Shown here piece by piece: positions 1-14,506 of a stretch of 64,000 nt of DNA. The translations under genes and the position numbers were made by a program. Source of the DNA: an uncultured Rubrivirga sp. (GTDB lineage: Bacteria > Actinomycetota > Actinomycetes > S36-B12). Under the pieces are notes generated by a model. It saw only the letters and a list, made by a program, of their open reading frames with translations, made no database searches and was not told where the DNA came from. How positions within the stretch are numbered: position 1 is the first letter of the stretch; each line of letters opens with the position of its first letter. The stretch is from NCBI GenBank assembly GCA_964595675.1, contig CAZQRR010000001.1, positions 3,724-67,723 of the forward strand, given 5' to 3'.

Positions 1-1
1 C

Positions 2-385
2 TGCCATGCGGTTCTTCCCGGGATGCTAGGACGAAACAGCGGGAGCATCGTGAACTTCGCATCGACCGCAGGTGAGTATGGATCGATCCGTCCATCAGCC
101 GCCTACGCAGGCGCGAAAGGTGGGGTTATCGGGTTCACCAAGTCACTCGCGCGCGAGGTATCGCCTGCGGGAGTACGCGTGAATGCAATCAGCCCCGGCC
201 CAATCGATACTCCAGCATTGAAGGCAGCCAGTCCCGAGCAGCGTGCAATCGCAGCGGCGCGAACCCTCGTAGGCCGACTAGGACGCCCTGAAGACATCGC
301 CGCTGGAGTCGCTTACCTCGCGAGCGAGGATTCCGCATTCGTCACGGGCACCGTGCTCCAAGTCAATGGCGGGAGCCTGCTGTAA
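2..385 (+). CDS. Short-chain dehydrogenase/reductase (FabG-like), C-terminal fragment; the 5' end lies outside the window
   Basis: ORF 23..385 stays open in frame to the window edge. It has the SDR catalytic YxxxK (AAYAGAKGG) and the C-terminal ISPGPIDTP ... VNGG motifs. Confidence 0.85.
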   Translation, partial: CHAVLPGMLGRNSGSIVNFASTAGEYGSIRPSAAYAGAKGGVIGFTKSLAREVSPAGVRVNAISPGPIDTPALKAASPEQRAIAAARTLVGRLGRPEDIAAGVAYLASEDSAFVTGTVLQVNGGSLL

Positions 386-1106
386 AACGTCCGGTCAGAA
401 CGTGTTGAGGGAAGAGTCTCTGCGACTGGGCCAAGTGCTCTGCCATGGCATGTGCAGCGCCATCCGCATCTCCCGCCTTCACGCAGTCCAGAATGCGCTC
501 GTGCATGGCGATGCCGCCGTCCACGGCGCCGTCACGACCGTGCGACTCGATCATTCCGGTAACGATGATCTCCACTAGCGGTTCGAGGAGCGTCGGGAGC
601 AAAGGATTTCCGCTTGCACGGGCGAGTTCGACGTGGAATGCCATATCCGCCGAGGAGTACGACGTCGAATTGGCCGCCGACATTCTCATGGAGTGCAGGA
701 GTTGCTCCAGTGCGTCCTGACTCTCCGCAGATGCTCGTGTGGCGGCTAACCGTGCGGCGGTCACCTCGATCGCCGCACGTGCCTCGTAGAGCTGCTCCAC
801 GTGGATCGAACCTTCGTCAGCCAGACGCAGGTGTCGACGCAGGGCATCAGCGATGGTCCCGGCATCTGGGCTCTGGACGTAGGTTCCACTGCCGTTCACC
901 GTCATGACATAACCCCGCTCGCGGAGTTGCCCAAGTGCCTCACGAATGATCGGACGGCTCACCGAGAGGTCTGAAGCCAAAGTCGCCTCTCCCGGCAATT
1001 TATCCCCGAGGGACAGTTCCCCTGAGTCGATTCGCTGAGCGAGAACCTCAACGACCCGGGCAACGGCGGTGGGCCGCTCCCTGCGTCCGGGCTCGGATGC
1101 AGTCAC
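363..1106 (-). CDS. GntR/FadR-family transcriptional regulator
   Basis: Winged-helix GntR signature ([31 protein letters not shown]) plus an FCD-like C-terminal domain. I trimmed the 326-aa ORF to GTG 1104-1106, which overlaps the ilvD stop as GTGA. The Arg-rich N-terminal extension overlaps ilvD and looks non-coding. Confidence 0.8.
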   Translation of the reverse strand: MTASEPGRRERPTAVARVVEVLAQRIDSGELSLGDKLPGEATLASDLSVSRPIIREALGQLRERGYVMTVNGSGTYVQSPDAGTIADALRRHLRLADEGSIHVEQLYEARAAIEVTAARLAATRASAESQDALEQLLHSMRMSAANSTSYSSADMAFHVELARASGNPLLPTLLEPLVEIIVTGMIESHGRDGAVDGGIAMHERILDCVKAGDADGAAHAMAEHLAQSQRLFPQHVLTGRFTAGSRH

Positions 1107-2794
1107 TCGTCGCAAACCGCGCCACGGGATGCGGATCCGACGAGCCGTGCGTACTTCGCCAACACTCCACGCTCGTAGCGTGGCGGGAGTGGTTGGAACC
1201 TTGCGCGCCGGCGTTCGAGTTCCGCCGGATCCACGAGGAGATCGAGTGTGCGTGCACCGATGTTTATCCGGATGCGATCCCCTTCCTCGACGAGCGCGAT
1301 GGGGCCTCCATCCACCGCCTCGGGGGTGACGTGTCCGACGCACAGGCCGGTCGTGCCACCAGAGAAACGGCCATCGGTGATCAGCAAAACCTCCTTCCCC
1401 AGACCGGCACCCTTGATCGCGCCGGTAACCATCAGCATCTCGCGCATTCCCGGGCCGCCCTTGGGGCCTTCGTAACGGATGACCACGACGTCTCCCGGCT
1501 GGATGAGGCCGTCTTCGAGCGCAGCCATTGCGGCCTGCTCGCGCTCGAATACCCGGGCGGTTCCCTCGAACAGGTCCACCGGGATACCTGCGTTCTTCAC
1601 CACGGCCCCGTCCGGGCAGAGCGTCCCGCTGAGGATCGTGATGCCACCCGTCGGCGCTATCGCATCGCGGGATGCCTTAAGGATCCGCCCATCAGGGTCC
1701 GGAGGATCGAGGGAGGCAAGGTTCTCCGCCATTGTCTTCCCCGTAACGGTGAGACAGTCGCCATGGAGGAGCCCGGCATCGAGCAGGGCTCGCAAGATGA
1801 CCGGCACGCCACCGACACGGTCGACGTCGCTCATGACGTATTGGCCGAAGGGCTTCACGTCGGCCAGGAGGGGCACCTTCGAGCCGATTCTGTGGAAGTC
1901 CTCGATGTGCAGTTCCACATCCGCCTCGTGGGCTATAGCCAAGAGATGCAGAACGGCGTTCGTGGAACCGCCGAAGGCCATCAGGACCGCGATCGCGTTC
2001 TCGATGGATTGGCGCGTGATGATGTCGCGCGTGGTGATGCCCTGCCGGATGAGTTCGACCACGGCCTCGCCGGAGCGTCGGGCATAACTGTCGCGCCGCC
2101 GATCGACAGCGGGCGGTGCGGAAGATCCAGGAAGAGACATCCCCATCGCCTCGGCGATCGATGCCATGGTGTTGGCGGTGAACATCCCACCGCAGGCGCC
2201 CTCACCTGGGCAGATGGCACGCTCGATCGCATCCACATCCTCACGAGACATGAGTCCACGCGCGCACGCCCCGACAGCCTCGAAAGCGTCGATGATGGTG
2301 ACGTCTTTCTCCGTGCCATCGGAGAGTTTCACATGCCCGGGCAGGATCGAACCGGCGTAGACGAAAACGGCGGCGATGTCGAGGCGGGCGGAAGCCATCA
2401 GCATGCCGGGAAGGGACTTATCACAGCCAGCGAAGGTGACCATTCCGTCCAAACGTTCCGCCTGCATGACCGCCTCGACGGAGTCGGCGATGATCTCGCG
2501 ACTGACGAGAGAGAAATGCATGCCCTCGTGACCCATGGAGATGCCATCGGAGACGGAGATCGTGCCGAATTGCATGGGAAATCCCCCCGCCGCGTGCACT
2601 CCCTCCTTGGCTGCAGTGGCAAGCCGCGCCAGGGACATGTTGCAGGGGGTGATCTCGTTCCAGGAGGATGCGATGCCGATCTGTGGCTTCGGGAAATCCT
2701 CATCACTCATTCCGACCGCCCGGAGCATGCCACGTGCGGCAGCCCTCTCCAGGCCCTCGGTGACGTCTCTACTTCGCGGCTTCATGTCGACCAT
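1103..2794 (-). CDS. ilvD: Dihydroxy-acid dehydratase
   Basis: 563 aa with full-length IlvD/Edd family character ([33 protein letters not shown]). Confidence 0.95.
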   Translation of the reverse strand: MVDMKPRSRDVTEGLERAAARGMLRAVGMSDEDFPKPQIGIASSWNEITPCNMSLARLATAAKEGVHAAGGFPMQFGTISVSDGISMGHEGMHFSLVSREIIADSVEAVMQAERLDGMVTFAGCDKSLPGMLMASARLDIAAVFVYAGSILPGHVKLSDGTEKDVTIIDAFEAVGACARGLMSREDVDAIERAICPGEGACGGMFTANTMASIAEAMGMSLPGSSAPPAVDRRRDSYARRSGEAVVELIRQGITTRDIITRQSIENAIAVLMAFGGSTNAVLHLLAIAHEADVELHIEDFHRIGSKVPLLADVKPFGQYVMSDVDRVGGVPVILRALLDAGLLHGDCLTVTGKTMAENLASLDPPDPDGRILKASRDAIAPTGGITILSGTLCPDGAVVKNAGIPVDLFEGTARVFEREQAAMAALEDGLIQPGDVVVIRYEGPKGGPGMREMLMVTGAIKGAGLGKEVLLITDGRFSGGTTGLCVGHVTPEAVDGGPIALVEEGDRIRINIGARTLDLLVDPAELERRRARFQPLPPRYERGVLAKYARLVGSASRGAVCDE

Positions 2795-2831
2795 GGGTTC
2801 ACACTAGCGAGGGCGTCGCTTCGGTCGTGCC

Positions 2832-4352
2832 CTACTCCAGCCCCCCTAGGCGCTCGAAGAGCAGCGCGCGCACCTTGGCCGCGTCGGCCTGACCTTGGGT
2901 CGCCTTCATCACCGCTCCCACGATCGCACCCGCGGCTTGGACTTTGCCTCCACGGATCTTCTCGGCGACGTCGGGTTGCTCGGCGAGCGCGGCTTCGATC
3001 GCGGAGATCAACGTGGAGTCGTCGCTCACCACGACCAAACCGCGATCCGCCACGACGGTGTCGACGTCGCCTTCCCCGGTCACGACGCCTTCGAAAACCT
3101 GACGTGCGAGCTTGTCGGTGAGCGAACCATCGGCGATCAGTGCTTCGACGCGAGCGATGTGAGCGGCAGTGACTCCCAGGTCCGCCAGCGCGATCCCCTG
3201 CTCGTTGGCCATGCGGGTGAACTCCCCGGTCCACCACTTGCGCGCGGCCGCCTGATCCACGCCCGCTGCCACGGTCTCCTCGACGAGGTCGAGGGCCTCG
3301 GCGTTCACCAAAGTGGCCATGTCCAGATCGCTGATTCCCCACTCCTGCTGCAAGCGGGCTCTGCGTACCGAAGGAACCTCGGGCAAAGTGCCGCGGAGTT
3401 GCTCGACCCACTCCGCGCTGGGGGCCACCGGCACGAGGTCGGGCTCGGGGAAATACCGGTAGTCCTCGGCGTGCTCCTTGGATCGACCCGGCGTGGTTTC
3501 ACCGGTGTCCTCGTGGAAGTGCCGGGTCTCCTGGATGACTCGACCACCACTGGAGAGAACGGCAGCCTGGCGCTCGATCTCGAAGCGCACGGCCCGTTCC
3601 ACCGAACGCAGGGAGTTCACGTTCTTGGTCTCCGAGCGCGTTCCCCACGGTTCACCCGCAGGAGCAAGCGAGACGTTCACGTCGCATCGCAAGGAACCCT
3701 GATCCATTCGAACATCGGAAACCCCCAAAGCCCGCATCAAGTCGCGCAGCTCTGTCACGTAGGCACGAGCAACCACCGGGGCGAGGGCACCGGTTCCCAC
3801 GATCGGTTTGGTGACGATCTCGATCAACGGGATACCGGCACGGTTGTAGTCCACAAGCGAGTAGTCGGCGCCATGGATGCGGCCGGTGTCGCCGCCGGCA
3901 TGGGTGAGTTTCCCGGTGTCCTCTTCCATATGGACCCGCTCGATTTCCACGCGAAATTCACGCGGCCCTTCATCGGTGGGAATCGTCACGTCCAGGTATC
4001 CATCCGTGCACAGGGGCTCGTCGTACTGACTGACCTGGTAGTCCTTGGGCATATCGGGGTAGAAATAGTTCTTGCGCGCGAAACGGCACCAGGACGCGAT
4101 GTCGCAATGCAGCGCCAAACCCATCCTGATGGTCGATTCCACTGCAGCGCCATTCACCACGGGCAGCGAACCTGGCAGACCGAGGCAGACCGGACACACC
4201 TGCGTGTTCGGTGCAGCGCCGAATCCCGTAGCGCACGAGCAGAACATCTTGGAAGCAGTTCCGAGTTCCACGTGGGTCTCCAAACCCATGACGGGATCGA
4301 AGGCCGCGAGCGCATCGTCGAAGTTCATTCGCATGTCCGATTGAGCCGTCAT
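2832..4352 (-). CDS. gatB: Asp/Glu-tRNA amidotransferase subunit B
   Basis: [18 protein letters not shown]...[13 protein letters not shown] motifs. The start is trimmed to ATG 4350-4352, forming an ATGA overlap with the gatA stop. Confidence 0.95.
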   Translation of the reverse strand: MTAQSDMRMNFDDALAAFDPVMGLETHVELGTASKMFCSCATGFGAAPNTQVCPVCLGLPGSLPVVNGAAVESTIRMGLALHCDIASWCRFARKNYFYPDMPKDYQVSQYDEPLCTDGYLDVTIPTDEGPREFRVEIERVHMEEDTGKLTHAGGDTGRIHGADYSLVDYNRAGIPLIEIVTKPIVGTGALAPVVARAYVTELRDLMRALGVSDVRMDQGSLRCDVNVSLAPAGEPWGTRSETKNVNSLRSVERAVRFEIERQAAVLSSGGRVIQETRHFHEDTGETTPGRSKEHAEDYRYFPEPDLVPVAPSAEWVEQLRGTLPEVPSVRRARLQQEWGISDLDMATLVNAEALDLVEETVAAGVDQAAARKWWTGEFTRMANEQGIALADLGVTAAHIARVEALIADGSLTDKLARQVFEGVVTGEGDVDTVVADRGLVVVSDDSTLISAIEAALAEQPDVAEKIRGGKVQAAGAIVGAVMKATQGQADAAKVRALLFERLGGLE

Positions 4353-5869
4353 AGTGACGGCACCTCCTCGATCAGGTTGTGACCCCATCTATCGACCAGT
4401 GCCTGCTCCAAGGCACTACCGACTCGATACAGCCGATCATCGCCAAGTGCCGGAGCCATGATCTGCAAGCCGACCGGCAGTCCGTCTTCGGGTGCCAGAC
4501 CGATCGGTACCGACATCGCGCAGTTGCCCGCGAGATTGACCGGGATAGTGGCGATGTCGTTGAGATACATGGCTAGCGGATCATCGATCTTCTCGCCGAT
4601 GGAGAAAGCGGTCGTGGGTGCGGTGGGTGAAATAAGGACATCCACCTGCTCGAACGCGGCCGCGAAATCACGGGCGATGAGTGTGCGCACCTTTTGTGCC
4701 TGCCCGTAATAGGCGTCGTAGTAGCCACTCGACAGTGCGTACGTGCCCAACATGATTCGACGCTTGACTTCGGCACCGAAGCCGGCTTCCCGAGTTTGCG
4801 CCATCACTTCCTCGACGGATGCATCCGCACCATCCCCTACCCGCAGGCCGTATCGCATGCCATCGAAGCGTGCGAGGTTGCTCGATGCTTCCGACGGCAA
4901 GATGAGGTAGTAGGCCCCCAAGGCGTAGTCGAAGTGAGGACACGAGACCTCGATCACCTCGGCCCCGAGATCGGTGAGGATGGTCACCGCTTCATCGAAG
5001 CGTTGACGGACACCGGATTGGTAACCCTCGCCTCCGAGTTCTCGAACCAGACCGATACGCATGCCACGCACATCCGCCGTGCGAGCCGCAGCCACCACGT
5101 CGGGGACCGGCGCATTGATCGAGGTCGAATCCCGCGGGTCGAATCCGGCGATCACCTCGTGCAATAAGGCGGCATCGAGAACCGTCCGCGCGCAAGGACC
5201 CGCTTGGTCCAGCGAGGACGCCAGCGCGACCAATCCGTATCGCGAGACTGCTCCGTAGGTCGGCTTGACGCCCACGGTTCCGGTGACAGCAGCTGGCTGA
5301 CGGATGGAACCACCGGTATCCGTACCGATCGCCAACGGGGCCTCGAAGGCCGCGAGCGCAGCAGCCGAGCCGCCACCGGAGCCACCCGGAATACGTTGCA
5401 GGTCCCACGGATTGCGGGTGGGTCCGTATGCGCTGTGCTCGGTCGAGGAACCCATCGCGAACTCGTCCATATTCGTCTTGCCCAAGACGACCACGCCGGC
5501 GTCGCGGAGCCGCTCGACGATCGTGGAGTCGTAAGGCGGCTTCCACCCTTCGAGGATGCGTGAACCGCACGTGGTCGGAACGCCTTTCATCGTCAAGACG
5601 TCCTTCAAGGCCAGCGGTATGCCGGCAAGGGCACCCAGGGGGGTCCCGCTGGCCCGCTGTTCGTCGGTTTGCCGCGCGGTAGCCAAAGCCGCGTCACGAT
5701 CCACGAACAAGAAGGCGTGCACGCGATCATCGACCGCATCAATTCGATCCAAACACGCTTGGGTTAGTTCGACGGAGGTGATCTCCCCTGCCTGCAATGC
5801 AGCAGACAACGTTGCGGCGTCTTGGCGGATCAGGTCAGCATCGGCGATAGGTCGGTTCAGCGGCGACAT
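4349..5869 (-). CDS. gatA: Asp/Glu-tRNA amidotransferase subunit A
   Basis: Amidase signature ([24 protein letters not shown]). The start is trimmed to ATG 5867-5869, just after the gatC stop. Confidence 0.95.
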   Translation of the reverse strand: MSPLNRPIADADLIRQDAATLSAALQAGEITSVELTQACLDRIDAVDDRVHAFLFVDRDAALATARQTDEQRASGTPLGALAGIPLALKDVLTMKGVPTTCGSRILEGWKPPYDSTIVERLRDAGVVVLGKTNMDEFAMGSSTEHSAYGPTRNPWDLQRIPGGSGGGSAAALAAFEAPLAIGTDTGGSIRQPAAVTGTVGVKPTYGAVSRYGLVALASSLDQAGPCARTVLDAALLHEVIAGFDPRDSTSINAPVPDVVAAARTADVRGMRIGLVRELGGEGYQSGVRQRFDEAVTILTDLGAEVIEVSCPHFDYALGAYYLILPSEASSNLARFDGMRYGLRVGDGADASVEEVMAQTREAGFGAEVKRRIMLGTYALSSGYYDAYYGQAQKVRTLIARDFAAAFEQVDVLISPTAPTTAFSIGEKIDDPLAMYLNDIATIPVNLAGNCAMSVPIGLAPEDGLPVGLQIMAPALGDDRLYRVGSALEQALVDRWGHNLIEEVPSL

Positions 5870-5870
5870 C

Positions 5871-6167
5871 TCACTCCTCGCCCAAAATCCGCGGGACACG
5901 GAATCGATCGTCTTCCCACGCTGGAGCCGCGGCGGCCACTTCCTCCCGCTCGAGTCCCGGCTTGACGACGTCCTCTCGGAAGACGTTCGTCACCGGAATC
6001 GGATGGGAGGTGGGCGGGATGTCAGCCGCGACTACTTCGGAAACTCGGGCCACCGCGTCCACGATCGCCGACAGTTGCTCGGCGTAGTGACTGGTTTCCT
6101 CCTCGGTCAACTCCAAGCGAGCGAGATGAGCGAGGTGCTGGACTTCCTCGCGGGAGATCTGTGCCAT
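5871..6167 (-). CDS. gatC: Asp/Glu-tRNA amidotransferase subunit C
   Basis: 98-aa product [24 protein letters not shown]..., typical of GatC. It is the internal ATG of the 170-aa ORF in the track. Confidence 0.9.
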   Translation of the reverse strand: MAQISREEVQHLAHLARLELTEEETSHYAEQLSAIVDAVARVSEVVAADIPPTSHPIPVTNVFREDVVKPGLEREEVAAAAPAWEDDRFRVPRILGEE

Positions 6168-6171
6168 GACC

Positions 6172-9439
<3,268 letters not shown>

Positions 9440-10552
9440 TCACGCTCGGACGTCGCTGACAAGCGCAGGATCACTCGCCCGCACGGTGCTGCGAATCCGC
9501 CCCGATCCCAGGACCTGACTGTCGCGGTAGATCGCAACGTTTTGACCATGCGCCAAACCGCGCACCGGTTCGACGAGTTGCACGTGCAAACGATCGTCGA
9601 CGAGTCGAGCTCGGGCTGGGACGCCGGGATGATGGGCGCGCACTTGCGCGATGACTTCGACCCACTCCTGGCCCAACGGTGAGGCGCACCAGATCACGTG
9701 ATCTGCATCCATTGCTACGACGTCGAGCAGTTCGGCCGATCCGACGAACACGGTGTCGGAAGTCGGATCCACATCAACCACGTAGCGCGGGCGTCCATCC
9801 TCACCGGGAATTCGCAGATCCAGTCCGCGGCGCTGACCGATCGTGACCGTGAATGTTCCGCTGTGCTGACCCACTTCGTGGCCCGTGGCGAGGTCCACGA
9901 TGGCACCGGGCCGCTCACCGATCGTCCGCGTGAGGAAACCTTGGGTATCGCCATCGGGAATGAAGCAGATGTCGTGACTATCGGGCTTCGATGCGGTTCT
10001 CAGCCCGCGCGCCTCGGCCTCGATGCGGACGTCGGCCTTGATCGAATCACCTAGCGGGAACAGGCAATGCTCGAGCAGATCTCGTTCGATCACCGCCAGG
10101 ACATAGGACTGGTCCTTGTCCGGATCCACGGCGCGGTGCAATTCGGGGCCGCCTGCACCATGCACGATCCGTGCATAGTGACCGGTCGCGACGGCATCGA
10201 AACCAAGAGCTAAGGCGCGATCCAACACAGCACGAAACTTGATGTGCTCATTGCAGCGCAGACAGGGGTTGGGGGTGCGGTTGTCCTCATATTCGGCGAT
10301 GAAATCAGCCATGACCTCTTCGGCGAACTCAGCCGAGAAATCCCACACGTAGAAGGGGATCCCCAGCGCATCCGCTACCCGCCGAGCATCACGCGCATCG
10401 TCGATGGTGCAGCACCCCCGCGAGCTACCGTGGCTTGTCTCGGCCCGAGCCAAAGCAAGGTGGATACCCACGACTTCATGGCCGGCATCGACCATGCGGG
10501 CGGCCGCTACGGATGAATCCACGCCCCCCGAGAGCGCGGCAACCACCCTCAT
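9440..10552 (-). CDS. mnmA: tRNA 2-thiouridine(34) synthase
   Basis: PP-loop ALSGGVDSSVAA, catalytic Cys regions, 370 aa. ATGA overlap with the upstream cysteine desulfurase stop. Confidence 0.93.
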   Translation of the reverse strand: MRVVAALSGGVDSSVAAARMVDAGHEVVGIHLALARAETSHGSSRGCCTIDDARDARRVADALGIPFYVWDFSAEFAEEVMADFIAEYEDNRTPNPCLRCNEHIKFRAVLDRALALGFDAVATGHYARIVHGAGGPELHRAVDPDKDQSYVLAVIERDLLEHCLFPLGDSIKADVRIEAEARGLRTASKPDSHDICFIPDGDTQGFLTRTIGERPGAIVDLATGHEVGQHSGTFTVTIGQRRGLDLRIPGEDGRPRYVVDVDPTSDTVFVGSAELLDVVAMDADHVIWCASPLGQEWVEVIAQVRAHHPGVPARARLVDDRLHVQLVEPVRGLAHGQNVAIYRDSQVLGSGRIRSTVRASDPALVSDVRA

Positions 10553-11826
10553 GCGTCGTCCTCACGCGCAGCACGCGAGCCGGTCGAAGGCTTCGCCGAA
10601 CGCCCGCTGGAAACCGATCCAGCTCGACGAGCACGCTCTACAGCGGCTGGCAGTGCGTCGACCACGGCCTGGACGTCCAGCTTCGTGGACGTCCTGCCCA
10701 GACTGAAGCGAAGCGAAGACCGAGCAGTGCGCTCATCGACACCCATGGCTAGAAGTACATGACTGGGCTCGGGGATGCCGGCCGTGCATGCCGATCCGGT
10801 GGAGCAGTCCACACCCGCGGCATCGAGCAACATGAGCAGTGCGTCGCCCTCGGCCCCCGGGATCGAAACGTGGACGTTGCCAGGTAACCGCGCCGATGCA
10901 TCGCCCACCGCAGGACCGTTGATGATGGCGTCGGGAACTACTGCACGTATACCGTCGGCGAGCAGCACCTGAAGTTCATTGAGATGCAGCGCATGACTTC
11001 GCTGCTCGGCCACGGCGTGCCGCACTGCCACGGCGAATGCCGAAATCGCGGGCGCGTCGAACGTGCCGGATCTCACGTCGCGCTCTTGCCCACCGCCATG
11101 GGAGATGGGCACGATCGACTCATGCGGGTCGATGATCAGGGCACCCACACCGAATGGTCCACCGATCTTGTGCCCGCTCAGGGTCACTGCTGCTCCCGGA
11201 ATCTTCGCTAGATCGATCGGAAGTTGACCGAGTGCTTGTACTGCGTCGGTGTGGAACGGAACTCCCATTACCTTGCACGCTGCCGCGATGTCAGCAACCG
11301 GCTGAACAGTTCCGACCTCGTTGTTGGCCCACATCACGGTGACGAGCGCCGTTCGGTCCGCATTCGCGCGGACGAATTCCCCAATCGCATCGGCATTGAC
11401 CAAGCCACGGTCGTCGACCGGCGCCCAGACAAGCTCAGCACCCTCGTGCTTCCCGAGCCATTCGACCGGATCCAGGACAGCGTGATGCTCGATCGCAGAA
11501 GCGATCACCGCCGGAGCAGACACCCCCAAACGAGCCTTGCGTGCCCAGAACAGGCCCTTGATCGCAAGGTTGTCGGACTCGGTGCCACCGGACGTGAAGA
11601 TGACCGCGGAGGGACGAGTGCCGAGATCATCGGCGATGGACTCGCGCGCTTCCTCGACTAGCCGTCGAGAATGTCGGCCCGCAGCATGCAGGGACGACGG
11701 ATTGCCGATGACCTGGCTGGCTTCCAGCCATGCCTCACGGGCTTTCGGAAGCATCGGAGTGGTGGCCGCGTGATCCACGAAAACGCGAGGCGGGTTCGTC
11801 CGCTCACGCTCATCCGGTGCCTTCAT
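10549..11826 (-). CDS. iscS: Cysteine desulfurase (IscS/NifS-like, class V aminotransferase)
   Basis: VDHAATTP, PLP-lysine region SGHKIGGP and catalytic loop GSACTAG. The 568-aa ORF is trimmed to ATG 11824-11826; the upstream part overlaps etfA out of frame. Confidence 0.9.
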   Translation of the reverse strand: MKAPDERERTNPPRVFVDHAATTPMLPKAREAWLEASQVIGNPSSLHAAGRHSRRLVEEARESIADDLGTRPSAVIFTSGGTESDNLAIKGLFWARKARLGVSAPAVIASAIEHHAVLDPVEWLGKHEGAELVWAPVDDRGLVNADAIGEFVRANADRTALVTVMWANNEVGTVQPVADIAAACKVMGVPFHTDAVQALGQLPIDLAKIPGAAVTLSGHKIGGPFGVGALIIDPHESIVPISHGGGQERDVRSGTFDAPAISAFAVAVRHAVAEQRSHALHLNELQVLLADGIRAVVPDAIINGPAVGDASARLPGNVHVSIPGAEGDALLMLLDAAGVDCSTGSACTAGIPEPSHVLLAMGVDERTARSSLRFSLGRTSTKLDVQAVVDALPAAVERARRAGSVSSGRSAKPSTGSRAAREDDA

Positions 11827-11854
11827 GACCACCCTGAGATGGTAGTCAGCCTTA

Positions 11855-12814
11855 CTATCCGGCGCGCTTCTCGATCTCATCGGTGAGCTGGGGAACCACC
11901 TCGAAGAGGTCGCCCACCACGCCGAAGTCGGCCAGTTCGAAAATGGGTGCCTCGGCGTCCTTGTTGACGACCACCACGACCTTGGATGTTTGCATGCCCG
12001 CCCGATGCTGGATTGCTCCGGAGATCCCGTTGGCGATGTACAGCTGTGGCGAAACGGTCTTGCCCGTCTGGCCCACCTGGTACTGATGCGGATACCAGCC
12101 AGCATCCGTTGCTGCACGTGACGCTCCGACCGCCGCGCCGAGTGAATCGGCCAACTTCTCGATGACTGAGAAACCCTCCGGCCCACCGACACCGCGACCA
12201 CCCGAGACCACCACCGACGCTTCGGTGAGTTCCGGACGTCCACCTTTGCTCGCAACGGTGCGCTCGACGATCCTCGCCTTTTTCGAGGCGTCGCTCAGGA
12301 CCGTGGTCACTGCCTCACTAGAACACGATGCGGGTGCCGGCTCGGGCGCAACGGAGTTCGAGCGGACCGTGTAGATCGGCATACCCACAGTCACCTTCGA
12401 GTGGACCACCGTGCTGCCACCGAAGACGCTTTGCGTGGCGACACCCGATGAGTCGATATCCACCGCATCGGTGATGACACCGCTGTTCACCCGAATTGCG
12501 AGACGTCCGGCAGCTTCCTTGCCGTCGGCCGACGACGGGACGAGCACGGCTGCTGGGGACAAGTCGTTTACCAGACCGGCGAGCACATCCACCATGGGTA
12601 CCACCGGATGGTCGGACATTCCATCACCATCTGCAACGTACAACTTCCCTGCGCCGTACTCGCCGAGAAGTTGGAGAGCTTCGGCGCTGCCGGACCCGAA
12701 CCACACACCAACGGGCTCACCTAGGCGACGCGCCAAGGTGAGGAGTTCTAGTGCGGCCTTCTTCACTGCGCCGTTCGCAGGATCGTGCTCGATCAGGACG
12801 AGAACAGGTGCCAT
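11855..12814 (-). CDS. etfA: Electron transfer flavoprotein alpha subunit
   Basis: 319 aa, ETF alpha/FixB family (C-terminal FAD region [15 protein letters not shown]). Confidence 0.92.
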   Translation of the reverse strand: MAPVLVLIEHDPANGAVKKAALELLTLARRLGEPVGVWFGSGSAEALQLLGEYGAGKLYVADGDGMSDHPVVPMVDVLAGLVNDLSPAAVLVPSSADGKEAAGRLAIRVNSGVITDAVDIDSSGVATQSVFGGSTVVHSKVTVGMPIYTVRSNSVAPEPAPASCSSEAVTTVLSDASKKARIVERTVASKGGRPELTEASVVVSGGRGVGGPEGFSVIEKLADSLGAAVGASRAATDAGWYPHQYQVGQTGKTVSPQLYIANGISGAIQHRAGMQTSKVVVVVNKDAEAPIFELADFGVVGDLFEVVPQLTDEIEKRAG

Positions 12815-12827
12815 GTTTCTATCCCTC

Positions 12828-13607
12828 CTAGATGAACTTCTGCTCGGTCAGATACGAAGCGATGCGAGCTCCACCGTCGCCCTCATCGGCCACGATCGTG
12901 CCCGCGGGCTTGGGTGGACGTGCGGCGAAATCCTCCACCGCACTCCAGGCCGCCGCCTGACCGACCACGGCTGCATCGAGACCGAGGTCGGCGACACCCA
13001 AAGTCTCCACGGGCTTCTTCTTCGCCGCCATGATGCCCTTGAACGATGGGTAACGAGGTTCGTTGATCTTCTCGACGACGCTGACCACCGCCGGAAGCGA
13101 AGCGGTGATGGTGTCGTATCCGTAGTCGGTGACGCGCTGGATGGTCGCCTCGGCGCCGACCACGCTCACACGCTGGGCGAAAGTCAACTGGGCCATGTCC
13201 AGGCGCTCGGCCACCATGGCTGGAACGACGCTCATGCGGGCATCGGTGGACTCGGATCCGAAGATGATGAGGTCGAATCCCTTGCCCGCAAGCGCCGCAG
13301 CGAGCACCGCTGAGGTCGCGATGGCGTCAGAGCCGTGCAGTGCGTCGTCCTGGATGTGTATTCCGGCATCGGCACCCATCGACAGCGCCTTGCGAACAGT
13401 CTCGGCGGCGCGGGCGGGACCCATCGACACCACGGTCACCTCCGCGCCGTGAGCCTCCGCGATCTGCAGCGCCTCTTCCACCGCGTACTCATCGAGTTCG
13501 TTCAACACGCCGTCGGCCGATTCGCGATCCAGCGTGGAATCCTCCGCCCGAAGCGACTTCTCCGCCCAGGTGTCGGGTACCTGCTTGACGCACACTGCGA
13601 TCTTCAT
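12828..13607 (-). CDS. etfB: Electron transfer flavoprotein beta subunit
   Basis: MKIAVCVKQVPDT... is a typical ETF beta N-terminus. The ORF is trimmed to ATG 13605-13607. Confidence 0.9.
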   Translation of the reverse strand: MKIAVCVKQVPDTWAEKSLRAEDSTLDRESADGVLNELDEYAVEEALQIAEAHGAEVTVVSMGPARAAETVRKALSMGADAGIHIQDDALHGSDAIATSAVLAAALAGKGFDLIIFGSESTDARMSVVPAMVAERLDMAQLTFAQRVSVVGAEATIQRVTDYGYDTITASLPAVVSVVEKINEPRYPSFKGIMAAKKKPVETLGVADLGLDAAVVGQAAAWSAVEDFAARPPKPAGTIVADEGDGGARIASYLTEQKFI

Positions 13608-13699
13608 GGTCCTCCTCACGGTCATACCTATGTTACTCGCCAGTAACTTAACCCGCATCCGTGCCTTCTGCTCGGGCGCGCCAAGGCTAATGTCGGAAG

Positions 13700-14506
13700 G
13701 TGCCACCCGCCCCCGGAGCCTCGTGCCCTCCGTTACCGCCTATTCCGGCACTAACTGGCGAGCGCACCTGGCCGGATATCCCCGTGGAGACCTACTGGTT
13801 CACGCGGCACGTGGCCTGCTACCGATGGGCGGCTTCGATCCTGGCGACCGATCTCGCGGGGCGAGAACCGCCCACAGGCAATCCAGCGCCCGTCCTGGAC
13901 GCCGGTTCCGGGGAGGGGTACGGCGCCAGCGAACTCTCGCGCGCAACGCACCGGCCAGTGGTCGGGGTGGAACTGGATGCATCCACCGCACTGCACGCGA
14001 GCACTAGGTATCCCGAACTGAATCAAACTCGAGCCAACCTGGTTGCCCTGCCGTTTCGCACCTCGGCATTCGCGGCCGCGGTTTCCTTCCAGGTGGTCGA
14101 GCACATCTGGGATCCCCTCACCTATCTGCGCGAACTCACGCGCTGCACCGATGGACCGGTGCTGATCAGCACACCCAACAGGCCAGTGCACTCCCCCGGC
14201 CTTCCACCCGGCGGCCGTCCTGACAACCCGTTCCATGTCCGGGAGTTCGACGCCCAGGAGTTGTCGGCGCTCTTGAACGAGAGCGATCCCGAACGCACAC
14301 CCACACTGTTTGGTCTGCGTCACGGGCCGACCATTACATCGTGGGAGAAGCAAAACGGTTCACTACCCGCAGCGTTGGCGAGTGCCCCTCCGAGCAAAGC
14401 AGCACTCACTTTCGCGGAAAGCGTCACGGCCGACGACTTCATAATCGAGGAAATCGATCCACCGGTACCTGACCTATCCGTACATGATCTGATCGCACTG
14501 TGGTGA
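13700..14506 (+). CDS. Class I SAM-dependent methyltransferase (Rv3030-like position)
   Basis: SAM motif I VLDAGSGEGYGA plus the AAVSFQVVEHI motif. The start is uncertain (GTG 13700 or the internal GTG at VETYW). The stop overlaps the next gene's start by 7 nt. Confidence 0.75.
   Translation: MPPAPGASCPPLPPIPALTGERTWPDIPVETYWFTRHVACYRWAASILATDLAGREPPTGNPAPVLDAGSGEGYGASELSRATHRPVVGVELDASTALHASTRYPELNQTRANLVALPFRTSAFAAAVSFQVVEHIWDPLTYLRELTRCTDGPVLISTPNRPVHSPGLPPGGRPDNPFHVREFDAQELSALLNESDPERTPTLFGLRHGPTITSWEKQNGSLPAALASAPPSKAALTFAESVTADDFIIEEIDPPVPDLSVHDLIALW

Noticed and set aside
1097-3121. 674-aa plus-strand ORF
   Set aside because: Antisense to the clearly recognisable ilvD. Its Arg/Gly/His-rich composition is typical of high-GC shadow ORFs.
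2895-4382. 495-aa plus-strand ORF
   Set aside because: Antisense to gatB, with no recognisable motifs. High-GC artefact.
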